Below are positions 20,760 to 29,659 of a stretch of DNA of 64,000 nt, one piece after another. A program made the position numbers and the translations under genes. The stretch spans positions 1,216,001 to 1,280,000 of the forward strand of contig CAWDSK010000003.1 of assembly GCA_963804995.1 (NCBI GenBank). Reading direction: 5' to 3'. The notes beneath the pieces were generated by a model. It was not told the origin of the DNA, made no database searches, and saw nothing but the letters and a program-made list of their open reading frames with translations. Position 1 is the stretch's first letter, and each line of letters starts with the position of its first letter. The DNA is from an uncultured Acidobacteriota bacterium. Its GTDB lineage: Bacteria; Acidobacteriota; Terriglobia; UBA7540.

Positions 20760-21475
20760 ATGGAAAAACTGAAGCAAGAACTGGACAGGTTGATTGCGAC
20801 GCTACCAAACGCAGTCGATTTCCGCCAAAGACTGCAAGACTTATTCTCCGTTTATCCGTTCAATGAGTATGAATACATCATTTCAGCATTACTTAGCGCT
20901 GACAAACTGACATTTGATGATTATATCGAGCTACGCGACAGCTATATGGAGAGGAACACGTTTCTCTACATTTTCGAAATTGCGGGACCCGGACATTCGG
21001 GGAAGCGTGGGCACAATCGCACTTAAAGGAGTTGGTTCCAGAACTTCACAAACCATCAAAACAACTCGATCCGAATTACTCAGGGGAATATGATTTCTAT
21101 CTCGATGGTAAAATCAGGATTGAAGTCAAGGCATCGCGGGCGGTAGATGCTCATAGCGATGAGCCACTATTCGTCAAGGCTCTTGCTTCTGATTCGAAAA
21201 AGGACTTTTGGATGAATTTCCAGCAAGTGAAGTGCGCATGTTGTGACGTGTTTGTGTGGATTGCAGTTTGGCGCGACAAAATTAGGTACTGGGTTCTTTC
21301 GTCCCGTGAACTCCAAAAACACCCACATTATTCGATAGGGCAACACCGGGGCAATACGGGCGAAGGACAACTGCATGTACGGCAGGATAACATCAAGGAT
21401 TTCGAAAACTTCGAAGCGCCTTCAAACGGTCTCGCACAGGCAATTCGAGATGCATACAAACGACAATATTCTTAG
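20760..21475 (+). CDS. Putative restriction endonuclease (PD-(D/E)xK), frameshifted near 20990
   Basis: ORFs 20760-21026 and 21032-21475 join as EIAGP[R]TFGEAWAQSHLKELVPEL if one C is added to ggaccc|gg; EYDF...RIEVKASRA...NFQQVK motif; starts 2 bp after the methylase. Confidence 0.75.
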
Positions 21476-21501
21476 GTCAAGCCATACACTTAGGTCACGC
21501 C
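21476..21501. mobile_element. Candidate right terminal inverted repeat of the decayed IS1595-like element
   Basis: Reverse strand reads GGCGTGACCTAAGTGTATGGCTTGAC (GGC start) at the end of the low-GC block; no left partner found. Confidence 0.3.
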
Positions 21502-21528
21502 TGCCTTATTAAATCGCATCAATAAACC

Positions 21529-21557
21529 TTGACAAATAGACCGTCGAGGCGTAAAAG
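21529..21557 (+). promoter_or_regulatory. Candidate sigma70 promoter
   Basis: TTGACA-17 bp-TAAAAG upstream of the receptor gene. Confidence 0.45.
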
Positions 21558-21611
21558 CTCATGACTGCATCACTTGCGTCGGGACTGGGTAAATCTAAAG
21601 GAGGGCAGACC

Positions 21612-24600
21612 ATGGCAAGGTCAACCCGGAGTCGCTTCATGGGTTTGGTGCTTAAGCTGTCATTACTTGCGGTTCTGGTAATAGGAGCAACGGCTCCTTT
21701 AACCGCGCAGACTTTTTACGGTTCCATTCTGGGAACCGTCACTGACTCGGCTGGCGCAGTCATCCCGGGCGCCAACACAACGTTAACCAACCAGGGCACC
21801 CAAGAACGCCGGACAGTCCCGACTGATACCACGGGCAATTACCGGTACGTCAACTTGATTCCAGGAAGCTATCGTCTCGATGTCGAAAAGGATGGCTTCA
21901 AACACATGGCTCGACCGGACATTGTGGTGCAAGTGCAGAGCGATGTCCGTATCGACGTGGCGTTAGAAGTCGGCCAGTTGATGCAGACGATCGAGGTGAA
22001 AGCGCAAACTCCCTTGCTGCAAACGGACACCGCAGCGCTCGGCCAGGTAATTAGCCACCCCCAAGAGATGCCACTGAATGGGCGCAATGTGCTCAGTTTG
22101 GCGGCATTGGTGCCGGGCGTGATCGCCCAGGGCCAAGCCTTTTCCAACCCTACACTGACCAATAACACGGCGTGGGGGAATTACCAGATTAACGGAGGTC
22201 TGGCCAACGAGAACGCGGGGTTTATGGATGGCGCCCCCCTCAATGTGAACTATATCGACATGTTCGCGCTGGTTCCGACCCAGGACGCCATTCAGGAATT
22301 TCGCGTGCAGACCAGCGACCTGAGTGCGGAATGGGGCCGCTTCTCGGGTGGCGTGATTAATCTCACCACCAAGTCCGGAAGCAACGCCTTTCACGGCGCT
22401 GCCTACGAGTACATGCGAAATACGTTTCTAAACGCGAACACCTTCTTTGCCAATGCCAATGGACTCAACGTGCCTCCTTATCAGCAGAATCAGTTTGGGG
22501 GGACCATCGGCGGCCCGATCAAAAAGGATAAGACTTTCTTCTTTGCCAGTTACGAGGGTTACCGGCAACGGGAGGGGCAAACGACCGTGCAGACTGTGCC
22601 GACCGCGGCGAACATCCAAGGGGATTTCTCCGCGCCAGGCACACCCCAGATTTTTGATCCCACCACCACGTGTGGCGCTCCTGCCAATCCGGGGGGAGCA
22701 ACGCCGCCGGCGTGCGGGGCTGGCGCCAATCTTTACGACCGGCAACCGTTCGCGGGTAACATCATTCCCAATGGGACCAATCCTGTAGGGGTTCCCTCGC
22801 GCCTCGATAACACGTCAACCATCCTGGCCAAGGCCATCTACCCCTTGCCGAACCAACCGGGATTGGTCAACAACTTCGTGAACAATTATTCCATAGGTGG
22901 AGACAACGATCAGGTCAACGCCCGGATCGATCAGAACGTCAGCGACAAGCAACACATCTTTGGCCGTTACACGTATTGGACGATCCTGGACCTGCCGTTC
23001 TATCCCCTGGGGAATGTGCCGGACCCGACCCAATACAAGGCCTCCGACCTTACGCAGCAAATCGTGGTTGCCGACACCTATTCGTTCAGTCCCACAACCG
23101 TGGGTGATCTGCATGTGTCTTGGATGCGGTATGACTACAACATCCAACAGCTCACCATGGGCGCCGATCTTACCACCTACGGGTGGCCGGCCGCCCTCAA
23201 CTCCATCCCCTACCGCATGGCTCCGCAGCCCTGTATTTCCGGGTTTGGCGGTGATCCCTGTTATAGCGGGATTATCATCGACCGCAACATGGACTATGAC
23301 GTGGCGGCGAGTCTGACCAAGATCAAGGGTAGGCACACCCTGAAATTCGGGTTTGAGTTCCGTAAGCTCGATGATTCGTACCTGCAAACAAATGACACAA
23401 CCGGAAATTTCTACTTCGATAACGGTTTCACTGCGCAAAACCCCACCAACCCCGCGGGGTCGGGCTACAGTTTTGCATCCTACATGCTCGGCAATGGTTC
23501 GAGCGGAGGCGCCTGGGAAGATGCGTTCACCGGTTCGCACGAGTGGTACGACGCGTTTTACATCGACGACACCTTCCAGGCGACGCACCGATTGACTGTG
23601 AATCTGGGGTTGCGTTATGACGTGCCCTTTGGATGGACCGAAAAGTACGATCGTGTCAATATTCTCCAGCCCAATAACGTAAACTTTCTGGCGCAGGCGA
23701 CGGGCCTGCCGCTCAAGGGTGACGCGGCGTTAGTGGGTTCGAAGCTCTACCCCGACCACCATGAATTCACTAACCGTTGGAACCTCTTTGCCCCACGGAT
23801 AGGCTTCGCCTATCGCGCTGGCCACGACATGGTGATTCGGGGTGGTTATGGGGTCTTCCATTTGCCGGAGGATGCGGTTTTTCAAAACGCGCCGTTTGCC
23901 TCTCCGGTGAACAGTTTCACAACTCCGTGGCTTTCGACGGTCAACGGAGGGCTGACACCGTACCTGCCGTTCAGCAACCCGTTCCCCACCGGCATTATTT
24001 ACCCCCTTCAGCATAATCCTGATGCGCTCCAGCAATATTTGGCTGGAACGTATGTCAGCGCCGTGCTCCCGACGAATTCCTACGGGTACATGCAGCAGTG
24101 GAATTTCAGCGTCGAAAAAGAGCTGGCGCCGGGAACCATGCTGGAAGTGGCCTACTCTGCGTCGAAGGGCACCCACCTTCCCGAGGGTGCCGAGAACTAT
24201 CCGCTCGCCGATTCGTATCTATCGATGGGGAATGCGCTCCTCGATCAAGTACCCAATCCGTTCCTCGGGCTGATCACCAGCGGACCGCTGGCGCAGCCGA
24301 CGGTTCTCCGTGAACAGCTTCTGCAACCCTACCCGCAGTATACCGGCGTTGGTAACACCGGATCTCCGATCGGCGCATCCAACTATCAAGCGATGCTCGT
24401 GAAGTTTCAGAAGCGCTTCCAGTCAGCCGGCAGCATCCTCGCCTCCTACACGTGGTCCAAGTGGATGACCAATACAGAAACCAACACCAGTTGGGAGGAG
24501 AGCAACTTAGGCCTTACCACGGGGGGTGTACAGAACTATCACAATCTGCGCGCTGATTGGGCGCCCTCCAGCAATGATGTACCGCACAATCTGGTGGTGA

Positions 24601-25139
24601 GTTACTCCCTGCCCCTTCCCATTGGGCAAGGGAAACGCCTCCTGGGCAGCGCCACCGGGGCCGTCAACAAGCTGGTGTCGGGGTGGGGCGTCAACGGAAT
24701 CTATACGTTGCAGAGCGGCCTCGCCTTGGTCATCACCGACGCGACGAACAACAGCTACTCCCTCAACAATGGCACGCAGCGGCCGAACCTCGTTTCGGGC
24801 TGCACGCTTAACACCACCGGATCGGCCACCTCCCGGCTCAACCAATGGTTCAACACTGGCTGCTTCACTCAGCCCGCGGCATTCACCTTTGGGAGCGCCC
24901 CTCGCGAACTAACCAACACGCGCGGCGCCGGAATGAACAACTCTGATTTCGCGTTGTTTAAAGACACCCATTTAACTGAACGCATGAAACTCCAGTTCCG
25001 GGCGGAGTTCTTTAACCTCTTTAACCGTGTGCAATTCGGCGAGCCCGGGCAGATTTTTGGCGCTCCGGGTTTTGGAGTCGTCAACTATCAGCTCAATTCA
25101 CCCAGGTTGGTACAATTAGCGCTCCGGCTGGAATTCTAG
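21612..25139 (+). CDS. TonB-dependent receptor-like protein with carboxypeptidase regulatory-like N-domain
   Basis: GSILGTVTDSAGAVIPGA, PLNGRN, DAIQEFRV, TKSGSNAFHG, QNQFGG, C-terminal QFRAEFFNLFN...PRLVQLALRLEF; RBS AAGGAGG. Confidence 0.92.
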   Translation: MARSTRSRFMGLVLKLSLLAVLVIGATAPLTAQTFYGSILGTVTDSAGAVIPGANTTLTNQGTQERRTVPTDTTGNYRYVNLIPGSYRLDVEKDGFKHMARPDIVVQVQSDVRIDVALEVGQLMQTIEVKAQTPLLQTDTAALGQVISHPQEMPLNGRNVLSLAALVPGVIAQGQAFSNPTLTNNTAWGNYQINGGLANENAGFMDGAPLNVNYIDMFALVPTQDAIQEFRVQTSDLSAEWGRFSGGVINLTTKSGSNAFHGAAYEYMRNTFLNANTFFANANGLNVPPYQQNQFGGTIGGPIKKDKTFFFASYEGYRQREGQTTVQTVPTAANIQGDFSAPGTPQIFDPTTTCGAPANPGGATPPACGAGANLYDRQPFAGNIIPNGTNPVGVPSRLDNTSTILAKAIYPLPNQPGLVNNFVNNYSIGGDNDQVNARIDQNVSDKQHIFGRYTYWTILDLPFYPLGNVPDPTQYKASDLTQQIVVADTYSFSPTTVGDLHVSWMRYDYNIQQLTMGADLTTYGWPAALNSIPYRMAPQPCISGFGGDPCYSGIIIDRNMDYDVAASLTKIKGRHTLKFGFEFRKLDDSYLQTNDTTGNFYFDNGFTAQNPTNPAGSGYSFASYMLGNGSSGGAWEDAFTGSHEWYDAFYIDDTFQATHRLTVNLGLRYDVPFGWTEKYDRVNILQPNNVNFLAQATGLPLKGDAALVGSKLYPDHHEFTNRWNLFAPRIGFAYRAGHDMVIRGGYGVFHLPEDAVFQNAPFASPVNSFTTPWLSTVNGGLTPYLPFSNPFPTGIIYPLQHNPDALQQYLAGTYVSAVLPTNSYGYMQQWNFSVEKELAPGTMLEVAYSASKGTHLPEGAENYPLADSYLSMGNALLDQVPNPFLGLITSGPLAQPTVLREQLLQPYPQYTGVGNTGSPIGASNYQAMLVKFQKRFQSAGSILASYTWSKWMTNTETNTSWEESNLGLTTGGVQNYHNLRADWAPSSNDVPHNLVVSYSLPLPIGQGKRLLGSATGAVNKLVSGWGVNGIYTLQSGLALVITDATNNSYSLNNGTQRPNLVSGCTLNTTGSATSRLNQWFNTGCFTQPAAFTFGSAPRELTNTRGAGMNNSDFALFKDTHLTERMKLQFRAEFFNLFNRVQFGEPGQIFGAPGFGVVNYQLNSPRLVQLALRLEF

Positions 25140-25157
25140 CTGGGGAAGCACCCGTAA

Positions 25158-25194
25158 CCCTCACGGCCGGCGGCTTGACCGCCGGCTGGGAGGG
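25158..25194 (+). terminator. GC-rich hairpin after the receptor gene
   Basis: ccctc-acggccggcgg cttga ccgccggctgg-gaggg; no strong U tract. Confidence 0.4.
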
Positions 25195-25300
25195 TGGGGT
25201 TTGGGACGAGGATACACTGCATCACTGTCACCCTGGTACTTGTAGCGCCGGCCTTATGCTTTTTGAATTCCTAACATGTAGAATTCTCAAACGCCCACGA

Positions 25301-25441
25301 GACCCCTCACCCGTCCCGCCCCGGCTGATGAAGACGCCGGCGGCGGTCCACCCTCTCCCCTCGGAGAGGGCTAGACACCGTAAATCCCAGCCTTCTCCCA
25401 GGGGAGAAGGTGGCCGACGTAGGAGGTCGGATGAGGGGTTA
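25301..25441. repeat. Palindromic intergenic repeat, family A
   Basis: acccctcacccgtcccgccccggctgatgaagacgccgg...ccaccctctcccc...tgaggggt; reverse complement of the 565-626 segment. Confidence 0.8.
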
Positions 25442-25784
25442 CTTCCACGCAAGGGGCGTCGGAACAATTTACAACTTACCAATTCAAAAGCCATTAAGTC
25501 GGCAGGTGTCCCGACAGGTCGGGACGCTACAACATTGACCCTGACCATCATACGTACCGCCATATGAGACGCACTGCACTAGCGGCTGTGCAGGACCACA
25601 GCCCGCCCACATTGGCTGCTACGTACGCAGGAAAAACCGAAAGCCCCTCGCCGCAGTCTGTTGCCTATCCAGCCAAGGAGGAAGAGGCCGGGGTAATGGA
25701 TTTGTGCCAAGCCCAGGGGAATCTTTGCCCGGCACACGACGAATTGCAGACGAACTTTGACCCTATCATCCAGGAGGAAAGAAA

Positions 25785-27191
25785 ATGCGTCTTCTAAAAG
25801 CGGGGCTGCTGTTGGGTTTAATATTTCTGCTCCTGGCGCCGTTGGCAGGGGCTGCGGTGCTCAAAGCCGGTGTAGCCAAGGCCGATATCACTCCGCCTCC
25901 GGGATTGCCCCTTTGGGGATACGATTTGAGAGACGCCACGGGCACCCTCAATCCGCTCTATGCCCGGGTAGTCGTCCTGGAGGTCGGTGAGAAACGCGTC
26001 GCGCTTGTGGCCCTGGACCTGGGCCGGACTTTCGGCCGCGGCTCCATCGAACAAATCCGCGAGGCGGCCCGGAAATCGAGCGGAATCTCCTACGTTCTGG
26101 TCTGTGCCACACACGATCACTCGGCGCCGGCGATTCGGGATACGTATCCCGATGGTCTGCCCGCTTGGGAAAAAGCCGCGCTGGAAAAGATCGAGAAAGC
26201 TATCGAGGAAGCGCATGAACACGCCGTCGAAGTTCGCCTGGGAACCGGATACGGGGATGCCTACATCGGACACAACCGGCTGCGCTTGAACTCCGATGGG
26301 ACAGTGACCTGGTTCGACCACAATGAAACGCAAATCCCCACGGCGCCGGTTGACCCCACGGTCTCCGTCCTGCGGCTCGATACGTTGGAGGGGAAGCCGC
26401 TCGCCATCCTGGTGAATTACGCCTGCCACCCGGTGGTCTTTGGGCCCGATAACCCCCAGTACTCCGCGGATTTCCCCGCCGCCATGGTCAAAACCGTGGA
26501 GGGCGCCTTCGCAGGCGAACCCCTTTGCATGTTTCTGCAAGGAGCGCCGGGTGACATCAATCCCTATTACACTGCCATACCGCTGAAGCAGGATGCAGTG
26601 AAACGCCGCGATTGGGAAGGGACTCAACTCGGCGAGGCGGCGGCCCGAATTGCCCGGGAGATTCACACCCAAAGCCCGCCCCAACCTTCGCTCGATTTCG
26701 CGGAAGACCTGCTCACTTTTCATTTCCGCTGGAACCCGGAAAAATACAAGAAAGCCTTCTTTCAAAGCTCCGAGGTGAGTGCGGATAGCCGATCCACCTT
26801 TTACTACTATCCTCCCACGGATCCGGAGCAGCAACTGCCCGTGGGCACGCTGCTGCTGGACAAGCAAATTGCCTTCATGTCGATGCCGGGAGAGCCTTTC
26901 GTAGAATTCCAAATCAACTGGCGGCAACGTTGCCCGGTCAGCGACTGCTTTTTCCTAGGCTATGCGAATGGGTACTTTGGCTACCTCCCCACCATCAAGG
27001 CCGCTACCCAGGGCGGCTACGGTGCGGCGAGCCTTTCCACCGTCATCGAGCCGGGAGCCGGCGAGCGCATGGTCGACCACGCGGTTTTGAAGATTTATCA
27101 GATGCTGGGATTGCTGAGCGACAGCCCGGAAAATCCCGACGAGGATTACACTCGCACCCGCCCGCGCCCGGTGGGATCGGGTTCCCGCTGA
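25785..27191 (+). CDS. Neutral/alkaline ceramidase N-terminal-domain protein (exported metallo-amidohydrolase)
   Basis: AGVAKADITP, CATHDHSAP, NYACHP, FLQGAPGDINP, PGEPF, GYANGYFGYLP. Confidence 0.85.
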   Translation: MRLLKAGLLLGLIFLLLAPLAGAAVLKAGVAKADITPPPGLPLWGYDLRDATGTLNPLYARVVVLEVGEKRVALVALDLGRTFGRGSIEQIREAARKSSGISYVLVCATHDHSAPAIRDTYPDGLPAWEKAALEKIEKAIEEAHEHAVEVRLGTGYGDAYIGHNRLRLNSDGTVTWFDHNETQIPTAPVDPTVSVLRLDTLEGKPLAILVNYACHPVVFGPDNPQYSADFPAAMVKTVEGAFAGEPLCMFLQGAPGDINPYYTAIPLKQDAVKRRDWEGTQLGEAAARIAREIHTQSPPQPSLDFAEDLLTFHFRWNPEKYKKAFFQSSEVSADSRSTFYYYPPTDPEQQLPVGTLLLDKQIAFMSMPGEPFVEFQINWRQRCPVSDCFFLGYANGYFGYLPTIKAATQGGYGAASLSTVIEPGAGERMVDHAVLKIYQMLGLLSDSPENPDEDYTRTRPRPVGSGSR

Positions 27192-27266
27192 GCGGGGGTG
27201 CAGAGTCGGTGTGAAAATCCTGGTCTGGAGCGGCGGTAAATCTGAAGGCCAACAGGAGAATGCATT

Positions 27267-28604
27267 ATGTTACAAGCTTTGCAGATTGCCAGGCATTCGC
27301 ACCGGCTGACGAGTCTCATTTTAGGGCTCTCGCTTGCCGCGGCTTGGTCTTTGACGAGCGCCGCCGCCGCGGGTTTCAGAGCTGCTGCCGTCAAGGTGGA
27401 TATTACCCCGGAGACAAGTCAGTGGCTTTGCGGTTATGGCCCCCGGCAATCCACCGGCGTGCACGACCGTCTTTATCTTCGTATTGCCGCTCTGGACGAC
27501 GGCAAGACACAGTTCTTCCTCATATCGAGTGACATCACCGAGATTTCTCCCGGGTTCTATGACCAGGTTATGCGGGAACTCGATAAGCAGACAGGAATCA
27601 AGCCGCTCCAAGTCTGGTGGATCGTCACGCATACGCATTCGGCTCCGGAAGTCGGGACCCCGGGCCTGGATGGCGCCTTGATGCCGGATCGCTACCTCCA
27701 CGAATCCAACAAAGAGTATTCGGCCAGCGTGGAGAAGGCGCTGATAGAAGGGATCAAGCAAGCCCGCAGCAAACTTGAACCCGCTCGCCTGGGAGTGGGG
27801 TGGGGCTTCGCGATGGCCAACATTAATCGCCGCGCGCAGGATGTGGAGGGACCGGCCTTCCTGGGGCTCAACCCGGATGGCCCGGCGGACCGCCGGATCG
27901 GGCTGCTGCGTCTGGAGAAGGCGGACGGCACGCTTCTCGCCTTGATCGCAAACTATGCGATGCACGGAACGGTGCTGGGGCCGGCTAACACGCTCATCAG
28001 CGGCGATGCGCCGGGAATCGTCGCACAATATGTGGAGGAGAAACTCGGCGCGCCCATGCTCTATATTCAAGGGGCGGCGGGAAACATGGCCCCCATCTAT
28101 AGCGTCTATCCGGACTTCCAAAGCGGGCACCTCAGCCAGTTTCGAGTTTTGCTGGGAGACAAAATTCTGGAGGCGAATCGGCAGATGGGGCCCACCACCT
28201 CGGACGTAAGGCTTTCCCTCGGCATGCAGATCGTTGAAACGCCGGAAAGAAAAGACAACCTGGGATGGCCTGCGGAGCTGGCTGATTATCTTCGGAAAAC
28301 GAGCACGGGAGCAGCGGTGGTTCGCATCCCCGTCCGGTTCCTGCAGATCAATGAAGACATCGCCATCTGGGCAGCTCCCTTGGAACTCTTCTGCGAGATC
28401 GCGATGGCGGTCAGGGACCAGTCACCGTTTCCATACACCTTCCACTTCGGCTACTGCAACGGATTCCTGGGTTATTTTCCGACCAAAATCGCATTTGCTC
28501 AGGGGGGGTACGAGCCGAATCCGTATTCCTCACCCTATACCCCCCAAGGTGAGGCGGACTTGACTTCCGCCGTCGTGGCTTATCTGCAAGGAAGGTCACC
28601 CTAG
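27267..28604 (+). CDS. Neutral/alkaline ceramidase N-terminal-domain protein (second paralogue)
   Basis: VDITP, THTHSAP, NINRR, NYAMHGT, QGAAGN, GYCNG...GGYE. Confidence 0.85.
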   Translation: MLQALQIARHSHRLTSLILGLSLAAAWSLTSAAAAGFRAAAVKVDITPETSQWLCGYGPRQSTGVHDRLYLRIAALDDGKTQFFLISSDITEISPGFYDQVMRELDKQTGIKPLQVWWIVTHTHSAPEVGTPGLDGALMPDRYLHESNKEYSASVEKALIEGIKQARSKLEPARLGVGWGFAMANINRRAQDVEGPAFLGLNPDGPADRRIGLLRLEKADGTLLALIANYAMHGTVLGPANTLISGDAPGIVAQYVEEKLGAPMLYIQGAAGNMAPIYSVYPDFQSGHLSQFRVLLGDKILEANRQMGPTTSDVRLSLGMQIVETPERKDNLGWPAELADYLRKTSTGAAVVRIPVRFLQINEDIAIWAAPLELFCEIAMAVRDQSPFPYTFHFGYCNGFLGYFPTKIAFAQGGYEPNPYSSPYTPQGEADLTSAVVAYLQGRSP

Positions 28605-28811
28605 TGTGGTGTCCCGTGTTAGAGTTGACAATGGGTAGAACCCCCTCACCCGTCTGGCCTCGGCTGATGAGAACGCCTCGGCCAGCCACCCTCTCCCCCA
28701 AAGGGGCGAGGGCAAGAAAATTAACTCTCCCCTCGCCCCTTTGGGGGAGAGGGGCTGGGGGGTGAGGGGGTCGGACAGCCTTGTCAAATATTAACCGGGA
28801 CACCACGCTAG
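28601..28811. mobile_element. 211-bp MITE-like element, copy 1
   Basis: CTAG at both ends; ~30-bp imperfect TIRs (CTAGTGTGGTGTCCCG...TTGACAA); near-identical copy at 39957-40167. Confidence 0.85.
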
Positions 28812-28830
28812 AGGGGTGGTTTGCCAACCC

Positions 28831-29592
28831 TCAGGTCGCCTTTTGCTTGTCGTTGTCGATCGGCAGCATCTGGCCTGAGATCGACTTGGCGGCATCGGAG
28901 GCGAGGAATACCGCCAAGGCCGCAACATCTTTCGGATCGACAAATCTTTTCAGGGATTGGATCCCGAGCGCCGACTTTCTTTCTTCCTCAACCGTTCCAC
29001 CACTCATTTTTGCTCAACCTTCCAAGACCTTGTCAAGTCGCGGCCCCGCCACGGCGCCGGGCAGGATGGCATTGGCGCGAATGTTAAAGGCGCCCAGTTC
29101 GATGGAAAGGGTCTTGGTGAACCCGATCAGTCCCCACTTGGTCGCCGCGTACGGACTGCGGTTGGGATAGCCGAATCGGCCCGCCATCGAAGACATGATG
29201 ATGATGACGCCCGACGGAGATTTTTTCAGATGCGGGATGGCGAGGCGTGTGACGTTGAACGTGCCCGTCAGATTGAGTTGAACGACTTCGTCCCACGCGT
29301 CAGGATCCATTTCCTCGACCGGCGCCGTCGGACCCGAGATGCCCGCATTGTTCACGAGGACATCCAGGCCGCCCATGGCGTTGACGCCGAAGGGGACCAT
29401 CGCTTCAATGTCGGCGCGTTTCGACAGGTCGCAGACCATGGTCGCGAGCCCCGGGATTTCCTGCGCCAGGTTGTCAAGGCCCTTGGCATCAATGTCGCAA
29501 ACGAACACCTTCGCCCCTTGTGCCGCGAAGGCGCGCACAATTTCCCGGCCAATGCCGGACGCGCCTGCCGTCACCAGAACGCGCTGGGTCAT
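28831..29592 (-). pseudogene. SDR-family oxidoreductase with an in-frame TGA at 29014-29016
   Basis: TAGASGIG, NNAG, YAATK; the same frame continues past VLEG* as AKMSGGT...FVDPKDVAALAVFLASDAAKSISGQMLPID to a stop at 28831. Confidence 0.85.
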
Positions 29593-29659
29593 AGATAGAA
29601 CGTACCTCACTGCCCATGGCTGCGGTGGCCTCACACAGTCTTTCGGCCCGGCTCATCCC

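Noticed and set aside
29014..29016. Selenocysteine or recoded TGA in the SDR
   Set aside because: Not a catalytic Cys position, no SECIS-like hairpin recognised, and TGA is an ordinary stop for many genes here
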